DNA of 54,972 nucleotides, counting the filler, from Squatina squatina (Eukaryota), in assembly GCA_031763465.1 (NCBI GenBank). It is 3 parts of 3 records of this genome, joined end to end, with 100 filler letters (N's around TTAATTAATTAA, not from the genome) between each part and the next. Parts side by side here need not be neighbours in the genome. Positions count along the whole stretch, not along the records: positions 31,773 to 54,972 come from JARFOE010000036.1; 2 more parts are not named here. One strand, given 5' to 3'. The translations under genes were made by a program, and so were the position numbers. This document shows, piece by piece, positions 47,701 through 54,972 of the stretch; the first letter of the stretch is position 1, and each line of letters opens with the position of its first letter. Under the pieces are notes generated by a model. That model did no database searches. It was not told the DNA's origin and saw nothing but the letters and a program-made list of their open reading frames with translations.

Positions 47701-50360
47701 GTGGTCAGTTTGGACAGTGATCGGTCAGTTTGGTCTCTCTGTGGACAGTGTGTTCAGTGTGGACAGTTTGGACATTGGGTGGTCAGTGTGGTCATTTTGG
47801 ACATTGAGCCGTCAGTTTGGTCAGTGTGGACAGTGACCAGTCAGAGTGGTCTCAGTGTGGACAGTGAGCGGTCAGTGTGTAAAGTGGGGTCAGTGTGGAA
47901 AGTGAGAGGTCGGTGTACTTCACTGCGAACAGTGAATGGTCACCGTGGTCTCAGTGTGCACAGTGAGTGGTCAGTTAGTTCTCATGGTGGACAGTGAGTG
48001 GTCTGTGTGTTCAGCTTGGACAGTGAATGGTCAGTAGGACAGTGAGAGGTCAGTGTGGTCTCATTGTGGAGAGTGAATGCTCAGTATGGTCAGTGTGGAC
48101 AGTGATTGGTCAGTGTGTTCTCAGAGTGGACAATGCGTTGACAGTATGCTCTCATTTTTGCATTGAGTGATCAGTGTGGGCAGTGACTGGTCAGTGTGGT
48201 CTCAGTTTGGACAGTGAGTGGTCAGTGTGTTCTCATTGTGTAGAGGGAGTGGTCAGTGTGGACAGTGAATGGTCAATGTGGTCTCAGTGTATACAGTGAG
48301 TGGTCAGTGCAGTCTCAGTTTGGACAGTGAGCGGGCAGTGTGGACAGTGAGTGAAAGATGTGGTCTCAATGTGGACAGTGAGCAGTCAGCGTGGTTCTGT
48401 GTGGAAAGTGAGTGGTCAGCGTGGTCTCAGAGTGGACCGTGAGTGATCAGTGTGGTCTCAGTGTGGGCAGTGAGTGATCAGAGTGGTCTGTGTGGAAGGT
48501 GTGGACATTTTGTGGTTAGTGTGGACTCAGTGTGGACAGTGAGTGGTCAGTGAGGTCAGTTTGCTCAGTTTGGAAAGTGAGTGGTCAGTGTGGACGGTTT
48601 GGTCAGTGTGGAAAGTGAGCGGTCAGTGTGGTTCGGTGTTGGCAGCAGATGGTCANNNNNNNNNNNNNNNNNNNNNNNNNNNNNNNNNNNNNNNNNNNNN
48701 NNNNNNNNNNNNNNNNNNNNNNNNNNNNNNNNNNNNNNNNNNNNNNNNNNNNNNNTGAGTGTTCAGCGATTACAGTGTGTACATTGAGTTGTCAATGTGG
48801 TCAGAATGGACACGAAATGGACAGTGTGGTCAGTGTGGTATCGTGTGGACAGTGAGTGGTCAGTGTGGTCTCGTGTGGACAGTGAGTGGTCAGTGTGGTC
48901 AGTGCAGACTGTGAGTGGTCAGTGTGGTCTCAGTTTGGACAGTGAGTAGTCAGTGTGGACTCATGTGGACACTGAGTGGTCAGTGTTGTCGCAGTGTGAA
49001 CAGTGAGTGGTCAGTGTGGTATCGTGTATACAGTGAGTGGTCAGTGTGGACAGTGAGGAGTCAGTGGGCTCTCAGTGTGGATAATGAGCAGTCAGTGTGG
49101 ACAGGGAGGAGACAGTGTGGTCTCAGAGTGGCCAGTGAGCGGCCCCTGTGATCATTGTGGTCTCGTGTGGACAGTGAGTGTTCAGCGATTACAGTGTGTA
49201 CATTGAGTTGTCAATGTGGTCAGAATGGACACGAAATGGACAGTGTGGTCACTGTGGTATCGTGTGGACAGTGAGTGGTCAGTGTGGTCTCGTGTGGACA
49301 GTGAGTGGTCAGTGTGGACAGTGCGTGGTCAGTGTGGTCTCAGTGTGGCAAGTGAGTGGTCAGTGTGGACTCGTGTGGAGTGTGAGTGGCCAGTGTGGTC
49401 GCAGTGTGGACAGTGAGTGGTCAGTGTGCTCAATGTTGGCAGTGAGTGGTCAGTGTGGTCTCGTGTTGACAGTGAGTGGTCAGTGTGGAAAGTGAGTAGT
49501 CAGTGTGGTCTCATTGTGGACAGTGAATGGTCAGTGTGGTCTCTTGTGGACAGTGAGTGGTCAGTGTTGACTCATGTGGAGAGTGAGTGGTCAGCGTAAT
49601 CGCAGTGTGGACAGTGAGTGGTCAGTGTGCTCAATGTTGACAGTGAGTGGTCAGTGTGTTCTCGTGTGGACAGTGAGTGGTCAGTGATGTCTCGTGTGGA
49701 CAGTGAGTGGTCAGTGTTGTCTCAGTGTGGAGAGTGAGTGATCAGTGTGGTCTCAGTTTGGACAGTGAGTTGTCAGTGTGCTCAGTGTGGACAGTGAGTG
49801 GTCAGTGTGGTCCTAGTTTGGACAGTGACTGGTCAGCATGATCTCAGTGTGGACAGAGAGTTGTCAGTGTGATCGCGTGTGGATAGTGAGTGGTCACTGT
49901 GGACAATGAGTGGTCAGGTGTTCGGTATGGTCAGTGAGTATTTAGTCTGGTCTCAGTGTGAACATTGAGTGGTCAGTGTGGTCTCAGTGTGGACAGTGAG
50001 TGATCAGTGTGGACAGTGAGTGGTCAGCGTGGCCTCAGTGTGGACAGTGATTCGGTAGTGTGGTCACAGTGTGGACAGTGAATGTTCAGTGTGATCTCAG
50101 TATGGACAGTGAGTGGTCAATGTGGACTCAGTGTGGATAGTTTAGTGGCCAACCTGGACTCAGTGTGGACAGTGAGCGGTCAGTGTGGAGAGTGAGTGGT
50201 GAGTGTGGAAAGTGAGTGGTCAGTGTGGACAGTGAGCGGTCAGTGTGGCCTCAGTGTGGACAGTGATTGGTCAGTGTAGACTCGAGTGGACAGTGAGTGG
50301 TCAGTTTTGTCACAGTGTGGACAGTGAGTGATCAGTGTGCTCAATGTTGACAGTGAGTGG
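44794..50360 (+). repeat. ~5.5 kb GT-rich satellite built from 10-12 bp units
   Basis: Continuous mosaic of cagtgtggac / cagtgagtggt / cagtgtggtct units, with one internal gap. Confidence 0.97.
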
Positions 50361-51373
50361 NNNNNNNNNNNNNNNNNNNNNNNNNNNNNNNNNNNNNNNN
50401 NNNNNNNNNNNNNNNNNNNNNNNNNNNNNNNNNNNNNNNNNNNNNNNNNNNNNNNNNNNNTGACCGAACAGGTTCGAGGGGCTGAATGGCCTCCTCCTGT
50501 TCCTATGTTCCTATTGGCGACAGAGCTCAGAATTTGGAGTTGCGATTTAGAAGTACAGGGCCCCCAAATCTCTCTCGATCGGCCTGCTCACCACTGCCAA
50601 ATACCATCCAGAAGAGGGCAAGAAATTCAGAAGAAGAGGAGAGTCAGTTATCCAAAGGAAGAGTTTTCAGAATATAAGCGTCTAGTTATCGCCCGTTGAA
50701 ATTTCTTTTGATTCATGTACATGGGCAATTCTCCGCTGTCGTGCATCGAGCTTTCATTCCACCGCCCCCTGAAGCAATCAGATTAATATCCTGGGATTCC
50801 CTGCTGTCTGACAGTGTGAAAACTCCCTCAGATGTCCAGCGCTGTGGCTCCCCTTGAGGTAATTACAGAATGGGCTGTCAATCTTAGTTGCTGTCAGCAA
50901 CTCCCCAGATCAATAAGTAGCCATGTTTCAAGCATCCCTGGCTAGCTCCTCAGACAGACTCGAGTTCTTCACTCCAAGTCAATAGGAACAGAGCTGGGAA
51001 TTCTATAAATCCCATCTACACAAAGTCAGTGGTCATGGCTGATGAATAATCGTTCCGTCTATTGACCTTCCAGTGAGATTTTGACAATTATTTGCTGAAA
51101 TGGATTCAGCTGAGTGACTCCAAAGAGCAAATCAACTTGCTTACAATGAAATTACTTCAGAAAAAATGACTTACAAGAAGTACTGGTGAGAAACGTCCAA
51201 ACATTGCACTGACACCAATGAAAAGTGATAGGCTTTGATCCACGATACATACCAGTTTTTAGTTTTTTCATTTNNNNNNNNNNNNNNNNNNNNNNNNNNN
51301 NNNNNNNNNNNNNNNNNNNNNNNNNNNNNNNNNNNNNNNNNNNNNNNNNNNNNNNNNNNNNNNNNNNNNNNNN

Positions 51374-51560
51374 AACCTCTGCCTTGAATGTACTCAATGA
51401 CTGAGCCTCCACAGCCCTCTGGGGGAGAGAATTCCAAAGATTCATCAACCTCTGAGTGAAGAAATTTCTCCTCATCTCAGTCCTAAATAGCCGAGCCCTT
51501 ATTCTGAGACTGTGACCCCTGGTTCTAGACCCCCCAGCCAGGGGAAACATCTTCCCCAAA
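51374..51560 (-). mobile_element. CR1-type LINE 3' fragment
   Basis: MFPLAGGSRTRGHSLRIRARLFRTEMRRNFFTQRLMNLWNSLPQRAVEA. Confidence 0.92.
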
Positions 51561-52639
51561 CTCTCAAATTAGCTTCAATTTTCCTTGGATCAAACCAAAT
51601 CAGGTTGAGAGATCTTGGGCTGATTTGCTTAGGCAAGGAAGGGGCACCTGTAGTTTCACAGTAGTATATGAAGACGCTCCCTTATCTATCAGAGAGTTAA
51701 TGATGTGAAAAGCACATTACAGATTTAAATAACATTTTGATTTCCCACTGAACTGCAGCCGGCACAAGAGGGTGAAATTGACCTAATGATTGGTAACTAC
51801 TTGTGACTTCCATAATTACAGAATGTTTTCCTCTGTAGCCTGACAGACACAGAGCTAAGGACCTTGTCACAACTTGTTATTCATAAAGAAATGGGTTACA
51901 TTCTCAATCAGACAACCTGCGACGCATGACTTGAGGGCTCATTTTCTTTTTCCTCACAGATTTTTTTCTTGCTGTGCGCGAGTGTGTGTGTGTGAAAATT
52001 TCACACTCACTCACTGAGGATTGGAAAGTTTCCCAACCCAGGCACTCAGCGAGACGCACTGGCAGATCAAGTACTCCGTGGGTTAGGCCCCATCCAAGTA
52101 CTCAATGACTTCGACGGAAGAATAGAGAGCCGTACACCCAAGTCTGCTGATGAAACTAAGTTAGTTGGGACAGTAAGTAGTGTTGCGTGGCACAGAAAGG
52201 GTACGGTCGACGAGTGGTTATGTTACTGGACTAGTAATCCAGAGGCCTGGACTCATGATCTGTAGAATGTAAACAAAAAAATGCTGGAAAAACTCAGCAG
52301 GTCGGGCAGCATCTGGGGAGAGAAAAACAGAGTCAACGTTTTGGGTCGATGACCCTTCGTCAAGTGCAATATGACTTTTCTTTTCAGATCTAACCCTCAA
52401 GAAATAAACTAGTGTTTTGTTTGCTTTTTTATGGCCTTATTATCCTGCGTCGCTTCTTCTAATGATTTGTGTACCTCTACATCCCTCTGTTCCTCCACCC
52501 AATTTAGACACTGATTTTCCAAGAAGACTCTTTATTCNNNNNNNNNNNNNNNNNNNNNNNNNNNNNNNNNNNNNNNNNNNNNNNNNNNNNNNNNNNNNNN
52601 NNNNNNNNNNNNNNNNNNNNNNNNNNNNNNNNNNNNNAA

Positions 52640-52935
52640 TAGTGTGGTTACATTTGTACTTTTGAGGCGTGGTCACTGCTGTAATGTAGGAAAAGTGGCA
52701 GCCAATTTGCGCACAGCAAGCTCCCACAAACAGCAATGTGACAATTATCAGATCATCTGTTTTTTAACGATGTTAGCTGTGAAGTAAATATTGGCCAGGA
52801 CACCAGGGAGTACTCCCTTGTTCTTCTTGGAAATAGTGCCATGTGGTCTTTTACGCCCACCTGAGAGGGCAGACGGGGCCTCGGTTTCTTCTGGCTCAGA
52901 GGCGGGTGTGCTACCCACTGAGCCACAGGCCGACC
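52640..52935 (-). mobile_element. DeuSINE-like copy with internal deletion
   Basis: gccaatttgcgcacagcaagctcccacaaacagcaatg...ctacccactgagccac. Confidence 0.75.
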
Positions 52936-53980
52936 CCAAAGTGGCAGCGAGCAGTCAATAGGCCCCATCGGATTCTCTTCACCAGGCCTCAAGTCAAATT
53001 CCTCGCTTTTGTAGCATCCCTCCAAAAAAATGTTTAAAGAAAAAAGGGATCAATATTTTAAAAATCCTTCCTTTGAAGAAAATGAAAAAGAAATGCTTCA
53101 TTGTTTCTGCCCCACACTGTTGTGTGGGAGCTAACTAATAACCCTGGATCGAATCACTCCTGGTTACAGCAGAGATCTATTCAGATTAGTATTGATTTGT
53201 AACACTGGGCACAGCATGTTGGGGAGTGACCCTAAGCTAATTTTAAATCACTCTATTAGAATTGATCCGGCTGTGTTCACGGAATCGAAGAATTACATTT
53301 GTGTTACGCTGAGGAACAGGTTCATGAATCATTACGCATTCATCAATGGCTGCTTAGAAAACTGGAGTGAGAAAATGCTTTTTAATCAAGAGCCAGCAGT
53401 CAGCCTGAAGTTAAAGGTGTGATACATCATAGTAAAACACTACGGTGCTCTCAGTCTCGCTTTAGAGCAGTAGTTTATCATCATTCCACATGAAAATCGA
53501 ATCTGCAACATCACACTTGGAGATCTTGTACTTAATTTCCTCTAATGCGGATATATATCAATTGGAAGAGGTTAGGCCAAAAGATCCCAGCTTGAGCCCT
53601 GCTTTTTATTTCCAGTTTAGTCCGCTCTTCCTCCTCCTCTTCTGATTCCGTCTGGGATACAGTTCCTCCAGTGCCCTCCTGTATCTCACTCAAATGGGCG
53701 TTTATCACGACTGGGGCTCAGCTGGTCGCAGACTTGCCTCTGAATCACAAGGTGCTGGGTTCAAGTCCCAGCCCCAAGACTCCTGGGCAGTGCTGAGGGA
53801 GCTCTGCACTGCTGGAGGCAACATTCCCTTTAAGGCATGCGGCGCTCTGGAGGTCCCACACGCTGGGTTTTAAAGAGGGNNNNNNNNNNNNNNNNNNNNN
53901 NNNNNNNNNNNNNNNNNNNNNNNNNNNNNNNNNNNNNNNNNNNNNNNNNNNNNNNNNNNNNNNNNNNNNNNNNNNNNNNT

Positions 53981-54680
53981 GAGGAGTTTAGACAGATAAC
54001 CGGTGGCAGGTCACTGACGCCCCTTTCGCACTACTTTAGCGCCGGCATTAGCGGACTAATTGGTCACCCCACACCTTTTGGTCACCTTAAGTTTGAAACG
54101 CAGCGCAGACCAATTGGGCCTCCATAATTTTTTCAAGTATTAATGTATTAAAAACCCTGTCCAGTAAGGTAAGTGTATTTTGAGACACTTTAATACATTT
54201 TAAAAAAAAATTCAAAAAAATAATTTTTTGTATAAAATATTTAATTAAATTGCATTTTAATTAATTTCCTGATTTGAACTTTTGTTTCATTTATTTGTAT
54301 GTGTTTGTGTGTTTTTTTTTGGTATTCCCATTCGTACTTATGCTGGAACTCAGCATAACTATTAATGGGGATGCCCCCACCTTGATTGGCTGGGCCTGCT
54401 CACGTGATCCCAGCGAAGCCCATACGCTGCTGAGATACGTAGGCCTCTACAGTAGTGTTTGCATAGAAGCCCAGGACTGCAAGATGCCGAACCTCCCAGA
54501 CCGCCAGGTACATTCGTAAAAGATTTACTGGTTGGAGGCTTTCGCTCCAGGAAGACTCCGACCGCAATTTTGGGGTGACTGTGACTGTGCGTTTTAGAGA
54601 GGCTGTAGGGGTGAAAATCCATGGCACTTCCAGTGCACACCCACCATATTGCAGAGATGCTGCAAAACTGCCCCAAATTA
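53981..54680. mobile_element. Probable non-autonomous DNA transposon (GC-rich arms, AT-rich core); similar pieces at ~32600-32960 and 35820-36110
   Basis: CpG-rich non-coding arms around a very AT-rich centre, ending ...gctgcaaaactgcccc. Family assignment (Harbinger-like) is tentative. Confidence 0.4.
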
Positions 54681-54734
54681 GGTCGAGAGCTGGATATACC
54701 AGGCCCTAATCTTGCCCCAAGGTTTCGCTCTGGC

Positions 54735-54905
54735 CATGTAGCTAATGTAACCCCACTATTTTAAAAATGTGGTCGAGAGAAAGCAGGGAATTATAGACTG
54801 GTTAGCCTGACATCAGTAGTGGGGAAAATGCTGGAGTCCGTTATAAAAGATGTAATAGCAGAGCACTTGGATAACAGTGACAGGATCGGACAAAGTCAGC
54901 ATGGA
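54735..54905 (+). mobile_element. CR1-type LINE RT fragment
   Basis: ANVTPLF..REKAGNYRLVSLTSVVGKMLESVIKDVIAEHL...SQHG. Confidence 0.9.
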
Positions 54906-54972
54906 TCTTTAATTTGTGGTTGTGATTGTGGTGCGAAGGGCCCTTAAGTAATTAATATCACTTAATTGAAGG

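Noticed and set aside
44794-50360. ORFs rich in W/S/V/C/Q, and resemblance to CRISPR arrays or RSS heptamers
   Set aside because: These are translations of a satellite. There are no unique spacers, no cas genes and no heptamer-spacer-nonamer pairing, and the context is eukaryotic.

Overview
Gappy vertebrate genomic scaffold. The repeat content (DeuSINE/SacSINE1-like tRNA-SINEs, CR1/L2 LINEs, Harbinger remnants) points to a cartilaginous fish; this is an inference from recalled repeat families. The window is three unrelated pieces joined by an artificial N44-TTAATTAATTAA-N44 linker at 16224 and 31717, and each piece has many 100-N gaps of unknown size. Piece 1 (1-16179) is the NEURL2/ACOT8/SNX21 neighbourhood (human 20q13.12 synteny). 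It carries the main finding: at least six divergent genes with an alpha-crystallin (small heat-shock protein) domain, falling into two subfamilies. Their visible ORFs are uninterrupted, the domain sits near the N-terminus, several have long low-complexity tails, three share a short 5'-UTR, and all six lack the canonical alphaB-R120-equivalent arginine. Piece 2 (16281-31672) has a CK2-alpha (CSNK2A1-type) exon, an unidentified signal-peptide first exon with an ETS + RFX X-box promoter, an orphan terminal exon, and a Harbinger transposase pseudogene. Piece 3 (31773-54972) has two exons of an ADGRE (CD97/EMR-like) adhesion GPCR and a ~5.5 kb GT-rich satellite. Repeat boundaries are approximate. 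Protein assignments were made by eye against remembered family sequences, not by database search.
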